In this document: in pieces, positions 1 through 8,745 of the stretch
Numbering within the stretch: position 1 is the stretch's first letter
Layout: each line of letters begins with the position of its first letter
Source of the DNA: Candidatus Poribacteria bacterium
GTDB taxonomy: Bacteria > Poribacteria > WGA-4E > WGA-3G
Direction of reading: 5' to 3'
Length of the DNA stretch: 64,000 nt
NCBI GenBank assembly: GCA_965214095.1
Contig: OZ243938.1
Span: forward strand, 3,040,001 to 3,104,000
Translations under genes and position numbers: made by a program
Notes under the pieces: generated by a model
What the model saw: the letters and a program-made list of their open reading frames with translations, nothing else
Told to the model about the DNA's origin: nothing
The model's database searches: none

Positions 1-3000
1 GGCATCGTTACTTGCACCACTGTCATCTGTTGCTGTGACGGTTACTGAATAGGAAGTCTTTGTTTCATAGTTAAGTGCTGCTTTCGTTTTCAACTGTCCT
101 GAAGTGGTAACGATGCTGAGGGATGCAGCATCTGTGCCGGCGAGGCTATAGGTCAAGGTATCATCGGTATCCTGGTCTGTTGCAGTAACAGCATTTCCGA
201 TGTTAGTATTAGCAACGGTATTCTCAGCGATGGCACGTGTGGTTGAAGCACCCTCTGAGAACACAGGTGCATCGTTCGCGTCTGTGACGTTAATCGTCAC
301 CGTGATAGAATCTGTGGCATTATCTGGGTCTGAAGCAAATACCGAGACGGAATATGAACTTTTCGTCTCATAATCTAATGCTGCCTTTGTTTTCAACTGG
401 CCTGTGCCACTCTCAATACTAAACGATGCAGCATCTGTGCCACCGATACCATAGGTCAAAGTATCATCGTCTGCGTCAGTTGCTGTGACAGCATCACCTA
501 TGTTCTGAGCAGCGGCTGTATTCTCTGCGATGGATCGGGTTGTGCTTGCATCTGCGAAGACTGGCGCACGATTTTCATCCACGTCCGTAACATTGATTGT
601 CACCGCGATAGAGGCACTACCACCATTTCCATCGGAAACAGAGACGGTAACTGAATAAGAATTCTTATCTTCATAATCCAGTGCTGCTTTTGTTCGTATT
701 TGACCTGTTGTGCTATCAATGTCAAAGGAAGCTGCATCTGTGCCAGTCAGTCCATAAGTCAGTGTATCGCCAGTGTCCGGGTCTGTTGCGGAAACAGCAC
801 TGCCAATATCAACACCAGACCCCGTATTTTCGGCTACGGACCGGGTGGCACTATTCGCAGAAAACGTAGGAGCACGGTTCTCATCTACATCCGTAACATT
901 GATTGTCACTGCGATAGAGGCACTACCACCATTCCCATCGGAAACAGAGACGGTAACTGAGTATGAATTCTTATCTTCATAATCCAATGCTGCTTTTGTT
1001 CTTAATTGACCTGTTGTGCTGTTAATGTCAAAAGATGCAGCATCTGTGCCAGTCAGTCCATAAGTCAGTGTATCGCCAGTGTCCGGGTCTGTTGCGGAAA
1101 CAGCACTGCCAATATCAACACCAGACCCCGTATTTTCGGCTACGGACCGGGTAGCACTATTCGCAGAAAACGTAGGGGCGCGGTTCTCATCTACATCCGT
1201 AACATTGATTGTCACTGCGATAGAGGCACTACCACCATTCCCATCGGAAACAGAGACGGTAACTGAGTATGAATTCTTATCTTCATAATCCAATGCTGCT
1301 TTTGTTCGTATTTGCCCTGTTGCGCTGTTAATGTCAAAAGAGGCAGCATCTGTGCCAGTCAGTCCATAAGTCAGTGTATCGCCAGTGTCCGGGTCTGTTG
1401 CGGAAACAGCACTGCCGATATCAACACCAGACCCCGTATTTTCGGCTACAGACAGAGTGGCACTATTCGCAGAAAACGTAGGGGCGCGGTTCTCATCCAC
1501 GTCCGTAATATTAATAGTGACATTGATGGTGTCACTACCACCATTTCCATCAGAAACGGTGACTGTCACAGCATAAGAATTGTCGTCTTCATAATCCAAT
1601 GCTGCTTTTGTGCGTAACTGACCTGTTGTGCTAACAATACTGAAAGATGCGGCATCTGTGCCAGTCAGTCTATAAGTTAGGGTATCGTCAGTGTCCGGGT
1701 CTGTTGCTGAAACGGCATCGCCGATGTCTACACCCTGTCCAGTATTCTCGGCGATGGAACGGGATGTGGTTTCCCCATCATCAAAGGTGGGTGCGCGGTT
1801 CTCATCTACATCGGTCACATTGATTGTGATGGTGATCTCATCCTCAAGAGTACCATCAGACACTTTGACCTTTACTTCATAACGAGTTTTTGTTTCGTAG
1901 TCAAGTGCAGCCTTCGTTTTTAGCTGCCCACTTGTGTTGACAATATCAAACGATGCGGCATCTGTACCACTCAGGCTATAAGTGAATGTGGTATCAGCAT
2001 CTGGATCCGCAGCGGTAACTGCTGTGCCAATGTTCACACCGGCAGCGGTATTCTCAGCAACGCTACGCGTGGCATTTTCACCTTCCGCGAAGACAGGTGC
2101 TTCATTGACGTTGGTTATGTTCACCGTGACAGTGATAGTATCACTCAAACTACCATCAGATACGGTGACTGTAACTGTATAGGTGGACTTAGATTCGAAG
2201 TTGAGGACTGTACTGGTTTTTAGCTGTCCAGTTTCACCATCAATACTAAATGCTGATGCACCTGTTCCACTCAGTAGATATGCGAGTGTATTTGTATCTG
2301 CATCAGTGGCACTGATCGGTGTGCCAATGTTGACACCAGTTGCTGTATTTTCTGCGACAGTCCGTGTTGCGGTTGCCCCCTCTGTGAACACAGGTGCGAT
2401 GTTTGAAGGCGTTTCGTCTAAATTTCTGACAGTGATAGTTACGGTAATACTATCACTTCCATTGTTTCCATCTGATACACCTATTGTGACTGTATAGGAG
2501 GCTTTCGTTTCATAATCAAGCGCAGCTTTTGTTTTTAACTGTCCCGTCGTAGATTCAATGTCAAACGAAGCAGCATTTGTGCCGCTAAGGGAGTAAGTCA
2601 ACGTATCACCATCAACGTCTGTTGCAGCAACAGCACTGCCGATGTTTATACCAGCATTAACGTTTTCTGCGATGGTGCGCGTGGTGCTGACACCATCTGT
2701 GAACACGGGTGTCTCGTTGACGTTGGTGACGTTTATCGTAACAGTGATACTATCACTGCCACCGTTTCCATCAGAAACATTTACTGCTACAACATAAGAG
2801 GATTTCGTTTCAAAATTCAGAGCGGAACTGGTTTTCACTTGTCCCGAAGAAGTATCAATACTAAAGGAAGCAGCATCTGTGCCAGTTAGACTGTATGTCA
2901 AGGTATCATCATCTGCGTCTGTGGCAGATACAGCATTCCCAATATTTGTTCCTGATGCTGTATTTTCAGCGACCGTGAGGGTCGTTGTTGCACCTTGTGT

Positions 3001-6000
3001 AAAGATAGGAGCGTTGTTTGTAGGTGACTCGTCAACATCAGTTACATTGATTGTAACGGTGATGGAGGCACTGCCATCCACACCATCAGACACGGAAATC
3101 GTGACCGTATAGGTGGATTTAGTTTCATAATCTAATGCTGCATCTGTTCGAAGCTGACCTGAAGTGCTATCAATCGTAAACGATGCTGCATCTGTGCCTT
3201 CAAGACTATAAGTCAATGTGTCATTATCAGCATCCGTCGCAGATACAGCATCCCCAATATCTAAACCTGTGCCAGTATTTTCAGCGACTGAACGCGTTGT
3301 GCTGCTGCCATCTGAAAAGACAGGAGCGTTATTGGCAGGTCTCTCGCTAACATCGGTGATAGTGATTGTGACAGTAATAGTGTCGCTACCTCCATTTCCA
3401 TCAGAGACAGTAATTGTTACGGAATAGGAGGTTTTCGTTTCATAATCAAGCGCAGCACTCGTTCGCAACTGACCTGTCGTGCTACCTATACTGAACGAAC
3501 CCACATCTGTTCCACCGATACCATAAGTCAAGGTATCATCATCTGCATCTGTCGCAGAGACAGGATTTCCAATGTCAACACCAGAACCCGTGTTCTCAGC
3601 AACAGAACGTGTGGCACTTTCGCCTTCTGTGAACACTGGCACAGTATTGGTAGAACTCTCATCAACATCGGTAATATTTATAGTGACAATAATAGTGTCG
3701 CTACCTCCATTTCCATCAGAGACCGTGAGTCTTACCGAATAGGAGGCTTTCGTTTCATAATCAAGCGCAGCATTCGTCCGCAACTGTCCTGTCGTGCTAC
3801 CTATACTGAACGAACCCACATCTGTTCCACCGATACCATAAGTCAAGGTATCATTATCTGCATCTGTCGCAGAGATAGGATTTCCAATGTCAACACCAGA
3901 ACCCGTGTTCTCAGCAACAGAACGTGTGGCACTTTCGCCTTCTGTGAACACTGGCACAGTATTGGTAGAACTCTCATCAACATCGGTAATATTTATAGTG
4001 ACAATAATAGTATCACTACCTTCATTTCCATCAGTGACCGTGAGTCTTACTGAATAGGAAGTTTTCGTTTCATAATCAAGCGCAGCACTCGTGCGTAACT
4101 GACCTGAGCTACTGTCTATGCTGAAGAAGGAAGCATCTGCGCCAGTCAGACTATAGGTCAAGGTATCCTTGTCAGCATCTGTCGCAGCAACAGGATTCCC
4201 TATGTTGACACCAGAACCCGTATTCTCCGCAACGGAACGTGTTGCGCTACTCCCGTCTGTAAATACAGGTGCACTATTCGCTGTTTCTGGAACAACACTT
4301 GTAGACGTTTCATCTATGTCCGTAACATTTATGGTGATACTTATGCTGTCGCTATACTCACCATCGGAAACAGTGATTGTTACTGTGTAGGAGGATTTGG
4401 TTTCATAATCCAACGCTGCTTTTGTTCTCAACTGTCCAGATGTACTGACAATACTGAATGCAGACGTATCTGCACCTTCAAGGCTATAGGTCAAGGTATC
4501 GTCATCAGCATCTGTCGCTGCCACAGCACTCCCAATATCAACTTCTGCACTGGTATTTTCTGCTACAATTCGTGTAGCACTCTCACCTTCGGTAAACACG
4601 GGTGCGCGGTTATCTACGACATCCGTGATATTGATTGTAATGTTGATAGTGTCCGTAAGCTTTCCATCAGATACTGTTACCATGACCGCATAAGTCGCCT
4701 TCGTTTCATAGTCAAGAGCAGCTTTCGTTTTTATCTGTCCGTTTGTGGTATCAATGTCAAAGGAAGCAGCATCCGTTCCTGTAAGACTGTAGGTTAATGT
4801 GTCCCCATCAGCATCTGTCGCTGATATCGGACTCCCAATACCAACATCAGAACTGGTGTTTTCACTTACAGTTCGAGTCGTACTGCTTCCTTCTGTGAAT
4901 ACAGGAGCACGGTTTTCTGATACATCGGTTACATTGATCGTAACCGCGATAGAATCGCTGCCGTCTTTGCCATCGGAAACAGAAACATTTACTGAATATG
5001 TAGTTTTGGTTTCATAGTCAAGAGCAGCTTTCGTTTTTATCTGTCCGTTTGTGGTATCAATGTCAAAGGAAGCAGCATCCGTTCCTGTAAGACTGTAGAT
5101 TAATGTGTCCCCATCAGCATCGGTTGCGGCTATAGCACTTCCGATATTGATACCCGCTGCTGTGTTTTCTGCGATGGAGCGAGAGGCGGTCTCACCCTCT
5201 GTGAACACAGGTGCGACATTCAAGGCTTTGAATATTTCCAACGAGGTCTGGTTCGTTTCTTCAAGTGCGTATCCAGTATGACCTGTCGGTAGACTCGGCA
5301 CACTGTCGATACTCACGGTGACAGCACCGAAGGTGTTGGGTGTGCGAGTGACAGTATGGAGCTGACTCATAACACTGCCTTTGGCAATGCTGATAACTGT
5401 GAGGCTATTGCTTAGACTACCATTTGTTACGGTGATAGGCAGCGAAATATGATAAGGCGCACCTGCCGGGAGAACCACCTGGATCATGTTATCGCCAACC
5501 TTCTGCAGTGTTAGAGATAACAACAATGGGTCAGTTGTGTTGCCACTCAAGTTGAGTATTGTCAACGATGTCAGACCTTGAAAGATGCCATCAGGTAGGT
5601 CTTCTAATTGGTTATTTGACAGGTCAAGCGATGTGAGTGAAAGTAATCCAGAGAAATCGTCTGATGATAGAGAGGCAATAGATTCACTACCCAAATCAAG
5701 CATTGTAATGGTTGCCAACTGCACATCTGATACATTTCGGCAATCGTCTATATCCTGCAATGTTTCCACAATCGCATCACTTACCTGTATTGTGCGATTG
5801 CACACTGTCGATTTGGCGAGGATATAGCCAAAATGATTCGCTGGCAGGGACGGTAATGCACCTAAACTGACATCTGTCGTTGTGGCAGTAAAAGTATCAC
5901 TTTCAACACTTCCTTTAGAAATTGTAATCGTTGGTATACTTGCGTCATTGAGTGGCACCACAATATCAAACGGCGCACCTGCGGGGATAATCACCTTGAA

Positions 6001-7392
6001 CTGATTTACTGTGACCTGTTGCAATGAAACCATCAGTGGCATCGGATCAACAAAATTCCCACCCAAACGGAGCGATGTGAGCGAATTAAGTCCTTTAAAG
6101 ATACCGATTGGTAGGCTATCCAACATATTACCGTATAGGTTAAGGTTCGTGAGAGCTGTCAGCCCACCAAAATCACCCGTTTTGAGTTCTGTAATACCAA
6201 CGTTACGCAGATTAAGACCGGTAATGGCTGCGAGGTGGGTATCGGTTACATCTTCGGTAGCGTCTACACCAGGGATTGCTGCCACGATGGCATCACTCAC
6301 TGCGGCAGTGCGGTCACTGACAGCGAGTGATGTTATATCCGTCGTGGTGTCACTGGCATCAATAACGTTTACAATCACAGTAATCGTATCTGTCAGTTCA
6401 CCATCAGAAACAGTGATTGAAATGCTATACAAGTGCTTCGTTTCATAATCCAAATCCGCTTTTGTTTTCAGTTGTCCTGTCGCACTATCAAGCTCAAATG
6501 AATTCGCATCAATACCACTGAGTGAATATGTCAAGGTATCTGCGTCTGTATCCGTAGCGGCAACGGCATTGCCGATGTTTGTGTTCGCTACCGTGTTTTC
6601 TACGACTGCGCGGGTAGTAATACTGCCATCAGTGAAAATGGGTGCGGCGTTTATGGTAGGATCGGTGACCTCAGTCATTTCGGTAGGATCAGGTTCCTCA
6701 GTCTGACTTTCAGCACCGATTATTTCAAGTGGTAACGACCCCGGTTTTGTCAAGGTATATCCGTAGTGATTTGCAGGCAAACTTGGTAATGTACCAATAT
6801 TCGCAGTAACAGCATTGGTCGTGTTCGCAGTGCGGGAAACAGAAACAGCATTGCTTGCTGTGCTGCCTTTAGAGACGGTCAGGGTCGTAGTGCCTCCTGT
6901 AATAGTGCCGTTAGTTACGCTGACAGGCACTATTATAGCGAAAGGCGCACCAGTCGGCACAACTGCCTTGAATTGATTTTCTCCAACCTTTTCAAGTGTT
7001 ACCGATATCTGCATCGGGTCAACGGTGTTGTTTCCCAATCGTAGTGTTGTTAACGCTGTGAGTCCTTCAAATATACCATCGGGGAGACTGCTCAGTTCGT
7101 TGTCGTATAGATTGAGACTTGTTAATCCTGTCATACCAGAAAAGTCACCAGTTTTAAGAACGGTAATACCTTTGTCTCTCAGGTTGAGAGCAGTAATTGC
7201 TGCAAGGTGTGTTTCTCTCACTTCGTCGGCAGTGTTCACACCTAAGGCTGCAATAATAGCATCGCGGACTTCTTCAGTTCGATCGCTAACAGATGTAATG
7301 TCTGCATAACTCAATGTCTGTCCGCTTAGTATTGTCAATAGTGATAGTAAAATGGATAAAGTAGATTTGTGGTTGATGAAAAACGTATTCAT
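1..7392 (-). CDS. Giant secreted LRR + cadherin-repeat adhesin (>2464 aa, C-terminus beyond the left edge of the window)
   Basis: Partly translated by hand. ATG at 7392 follows a GGGGAG RBS and reads MNTFFINHKSTLSILLSLLTILSGQTLSYADITSVSDRTEEVRDAII (signal peptide), then LRRs such as LTSLNLYDNELSSLPDGIFEGLTALTTLRL. About 18 cadherin units with L(D/N)(Y/F)E(T/D/S)K motifs follow. Position 1 is in the same frame (...ALNYETKTSYSVTVTATDDSGASNDA). Absent from the ORF track, consistent with no stop codon in the window. Confidence 0.9.
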   Translation of the reverse strand, partial: MNTFFINHKSTLSILLSLLTILSGQTLSYADITSVSDRTEEVRDAIIAALGVNTADEVRETHLAAITALNLRDKGITVLKTGDFSGMTGLTSLNLYDNELSSLPDGIFEGLTALTTLRLGNNTVDPMQISVTLEKVGENQFKAVVPTGAPFAIIVPVSVTNGTITGGTTTLTVSKGSTASNAVSVSRTANTTNAVTANIGTLPSLPANHYGYTLTKPGSLPLEIIGAESQTEEPDPTEMTEVTDPTINAAPIFTDGSITTRAVVENTVANTNIGNAVAATDTDADTLTYSLSGIDANSFELDSATGQLKTKADLDYETKHLYSISITVSDGELTDTITVIVNVIDASDTTTDITSLAVSDRTAAVSDAIVAAIPGVDATEDVTDTHLAAITGLNLRNVGITELKTGDFGGLTALTNLNLYGNMLDSLPIGIFKGLNSLTSLRLGGNFVDPMPLMVSLQQVTVNQFKVIIPAGAPFDIVVPLNDASIPTITISKGSVESDTFTATTTDVSLGALPSLPANHFGYILAKSTVCNRTIQVSDAIVETLQDIDDCRNVSDVQLATITMLDLGSESIASLSSDDFSGLLSLTSLDLSNNQLEDLPDGIFQGLTSLTILNLSGNTTDPLLLSLTLQKVGDNMIQVVLPAGAPYHISLPITVTNGSLSNSLTVISIAKGSVMSQLHTVTRTPNTFGAVTVSIDSVPSLPTGHTGYALEETNQTSLEIFKALNVAPVFTEGETASRSIAENTAAGINIGSAIAATDADGDTLIYSLTGTDAASFDIDTTNGQIKTKAALDYETKTTYSVNVSVSDGKDGSDSIAVTINVTDVSENRAPVFTEGSSTTRTVSENTSSDVGIGSPISATDADGDTLTYSLTGTDAASFDIDTTNGQIKTKAALDYETKATYAVMVTVSDGKLTDTINITINITDVVDNRAPVFTEGESATRIVAENTSAEVDIGSAVAATDADDDTLTYSLEGADTSAFSIVSTSGQLRTKAALDYETKSSYTVTITVSDGEYSDSISITINVTDIDETSTSVVPETANSAPVFTDGSSATRSVAENTGSGVNIGNPVAATDADKDTLTYSLTGADASFFSIDSSSGQLRTSAALDYETKTSYSVRLTVTDGNEGSDTIIVTINITDVDESSTNTVPVFTEGESATRSVAENTGSGVDIGNPISATDADNDTLTYGIGGTDVGSFSIGSTTGQLRTNAALDYETKASYSVRLTVSDGNGGSDTIIVTINITDVDESSTNTVPVFTEGESATRSVAENTGSGVDIGNPVSATDADDDTLTYGIGGTDVGSFSIGSTTGQLRTSAALDYETKTSYSVTITVSDGNGGSDTITVTITITDVSERPANNAPVFSDGSSTTRSVAENTGTGLDIGDAVSATDADNDTLTYSLEGTDAASFTIDSTSGQLRTDAALDYETKSTYTVTISVSDGVDGSASITVTINVTDVDESPTNNAPIFTQGATTTLTVAENTASGTNIGNAVSATDADDDTLTYSLTGTDAASFSIDTSSGQVKTSSALNFETKSSYVVAVNVSDGNGGSDSITVTINVTNVNETPVFTDGVSTTRTIAENVNAGINIGSAVAATDVDGDTLTYSLSGTNAASFDIESTTGQLKTKAALDYETKASYTVTIGVSDGNNGSDSITVTITVRNLDETPSNIAPVFTEGATATRTVAENTATGVNIGTPISATDADTNTLAYLLSGTGASAFSIDGETGQLKTSTVLNFESKSTYTVTVTVSDGSLSDTITVTVNITNVNEAPVFAEGENATRSVAENTAAGVNIGTAVTAADPDADTTFTYSLSGTDAASFDIVNTSGQLKTKAALDYETKTRYEVKVKVSDGTLEDEITITINVTDVDENRAPTFDDGETTSRSIAENTGQGVDIGDAVSATDPDTDDTLTYRLTGTDAASFSIVSTTGQLRTKAALDYEDDNSYAVTVTVSDGNGGSDTINVTINITDVDENRAPTFSANSATLSVAENTGSGVDIGSAVSATDPDTGDTLTYGLTGTDAASFDINSATGQIRTKAALDYEDKNSYSVTVSVSDGNGGSASIAVTINVTDVDENRAPTFSANSATRSVAENTGSGVDIGSAVSATDPDTGDTLTYGLTGTDAASFDINSTTGQLRTKAALDYEDKNSYSVTVSVSDGNGGSASIAVTINVTDVDENRAPTFSANSATRSVAENTGSGVDIGSAVSATDPDTGDTLTYGLTGTDAASFDIDSTTGQIRTKAALDYEDKNSYSVTVSVSDGNGGSASIAVTINVTDVDENRAPVFADASTTRSIAENTAAAQNIGDAVTATDADDDTLTYGIGGTDAASFSIESGTGQLKTKAALDYETKSSYSVSVFASDPDNATDSITVTINVTDANDAPVFSEGASTTRAIAENTVANTNIGNAVTATDQDTDDTLTYSLAGTDAASLSIVTTSGQLKTKAALNYETKTSYSVTVTATDDSGASNDA
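570..1500. repeat. Three near-identical 306-bp tandem cadherin-coding units
   Basis: Shadow ORFs at 773, 1079 and 1385 are offset by exactly 306 bp; the first two translate identically and the DNA is visibly near-identical. Confidence 0.9.
3430..4060. repeat. Two near-identical 315-bp tandem cadherin-coding units
   Basis: gctacctatactgaacgaacccacatctgttccaccgataccataagtcaagg occurs at 3481 and 3796. Confidence 0.85.
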
Positions 7393-7702
7393 ATTCTCCC
7401 CTTTATAATCAATTAACTTGATTGGTAGTTAGTCAATTGATAATATCCCATGAATATGTAGGTAGTGAGTTCATTGCATATTGGATCAGACCTTTGAGAC
7501 CTATAAAATCAAAATTCACATTTATATAAGTAATTATAAATCAGATTATATATATATTTATATTTTATAAGTATATGATTTAACATGACTTAAATAATAT
7601 ATTAAATCGATTCATTTTGCAAGTAAATATACATTTATTGCGTATCATTTTCATTTTATAAGCATTTTGTGTGGGTAGTTGATATCAAAAATTGAACAGT
7701 TT

Positions 7703-7827
7703 TTCAGGAATTACGCAAGAACGGTCGGTACGTTTTGTAAACGTGTCGAGTTTCCACATTTCTGCTGAAATGAACACCTTTTTTGTCAAAAAAAGCGTAA
7801 AATCAAGAAAATTCCGTAAGTACTGAA
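7703..7827. mobile_element. MITE-like element with imperfect terminal inverted repeats ttcaggaattacg / cgtaagtactgaa
   Basis: Imperfect TIRs, no ORF. A related left end (ttcaggacttacg) lies at 13225. Confidence 0.45.
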
Positions 7828-7839
7828 TAGAATTGGTAT

Positions 7840-7956
7840 AATACCATTTCTATAAATGTTTATCCCATTAACATTTATTAAGAATGTCTTGAAGGATGGC
7901 ACAAACTGGCAGTTTGTGCTACAAAAATGCGGTGTTTTCAATTAGAAATGGTATAA
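7840..7956. mobile_element. MITE-like element (TIR ataccatttcta / tagaaatggtat) carrying a REP-like hairpin
   Basis: 12-bp TIRs with internal gcacaaactggcagtttgtgctac. The same TIR pair occurs at 39861-39943. Confidence 0.6.
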
Positions 7957-8014
7957 CCTACGAGTGCCTTGTTATTTAGATGGGGTATGATTTCCTGTAA
8001 ATGATTGAGCAATG

Positions 8015-8057
8015 CAACAAAAACGTCAGCAACTGAAAGATGCTGACGTTTTTGTTG
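8015..8057. terminator. Strong hairpin, probable bidirectional intrinsic terminator
   Basis: Perfect 17-bp stem caacaaaaacgtcagca / tgctgacgtttttgttg with a 9-nt loop and A/T tracts in the stem base. Confidence 0.6.
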
Positions 8058-8310
8058 TTAAACATTTTAAAGATTGATCAGCCATATTAGCTACGGGGAG
8101 TTTATCAATCTTTATCTTTTTCATAAAATAGAAAGGGGTATCTATTCGTCCATGAAAAAGACGGTTGTACGGTTTATTTACCGTATCGTGTTTTGTACAT
8201 GCATCCACTGGGTTGATAAGACAAAACGTTTTTAGTTGTAGTATTCGCCTACATTCCACGTTATACCATTAAAGAAATTACTGGTTCGTAGTCGCGCAAT
8301 TCATTTGATA

Positions 8311-8487
8311 CTATTTCCGTATCAACATCTTGCGCGTAGCGGAGAATCCTCCTGCTGTGAGTCTGTAGAAATACAGGTCGCTCGCCACCTTTTCACCGAA
8401 CTCATTTTTATCGTCCCAATACACAGCACAGGTGCGAGTCTGATACAGACCAGCAAGCTGATTCCCCAAATCCAAAGTTCTAACTAA
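8311..8487 (-). pseudogene. Orphan C-terminal sorting-tail fragment (FlgD/T9SS-CTD-like)
   Basis: LVRTLDLGNQLAGLYQTRTCAVYWDDKNEFGEKVASDLYFYRLTAGGFSATRKMLIRK*. The 5' end abuts a MITE-like element, so the N-terminal half of ORF 8311-8682 is repeat DNA. Confidence 0.7.
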
Positions 8488-8720
8488 CTGAGGGGTGTGT
8501 ATAAATAGATTTGATTCTAAGCTTATGTCGTAGGTCGGGTAGAACGCCGTGAAACCCGACACAATCGTATCCAGTCTTGCATGTCGGGTTTCGCAAGCTC
8601 TACCCGACCTACAAAATCTTGTCCTTTTTGCACTAAGAATAGTGTCCATCCACATGAAGAAGTTTGTGACGTGTGTCACCATCTATGTTGATCCACCGAT
8701 TATTTGTGCACATCCCTTAG
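8488..8720. mobile_element. MITE-like element with an internal inverted REP pair
   Basis: Imperfect 20-bp TIRs ctgaggggtgtgtataaata / tatttgtgcacatcccttag. Internal gtaggtcgggtaga...tctacccgacctac at about 8530-8612. Confidence 0.55.
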
Positions 8721-8745
8721 GTAGATACACCCTACCTAACTTAAT

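Noticed and set aside
570-1500. Near-identical repeats as a possible DGR template/variable pair
   Set aside because: They are in-frame tandem domain repeats, I saw no clear adenine-specific mismatch pattern, and no reverse transcriptase is in the window.
681-7309. Many plus-strand ORFs with repeated sequences
   Set aside because: They are antisense shadows of the minus-strand cadherin/LRR gene, and their periodicity mirrors its repeats.
7897-7915. TGGCAC as a sigma-54 promoter
   Set aside because: It lacks a correctly spaced TTGC -12 element and is part of a REP hairpin.
8026-8259. 77-aa minus-strand ORF
   Set aside because: No RBS or recognisable motif, and it ends inside a terminator-like hairpin within repeat debris.
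8311-8682. 123-aa ORF as an intact gene
   Set aside because: The N-terminal half is translated MITE/REP DNA; only the last ~58 codons are a real protein remnant.
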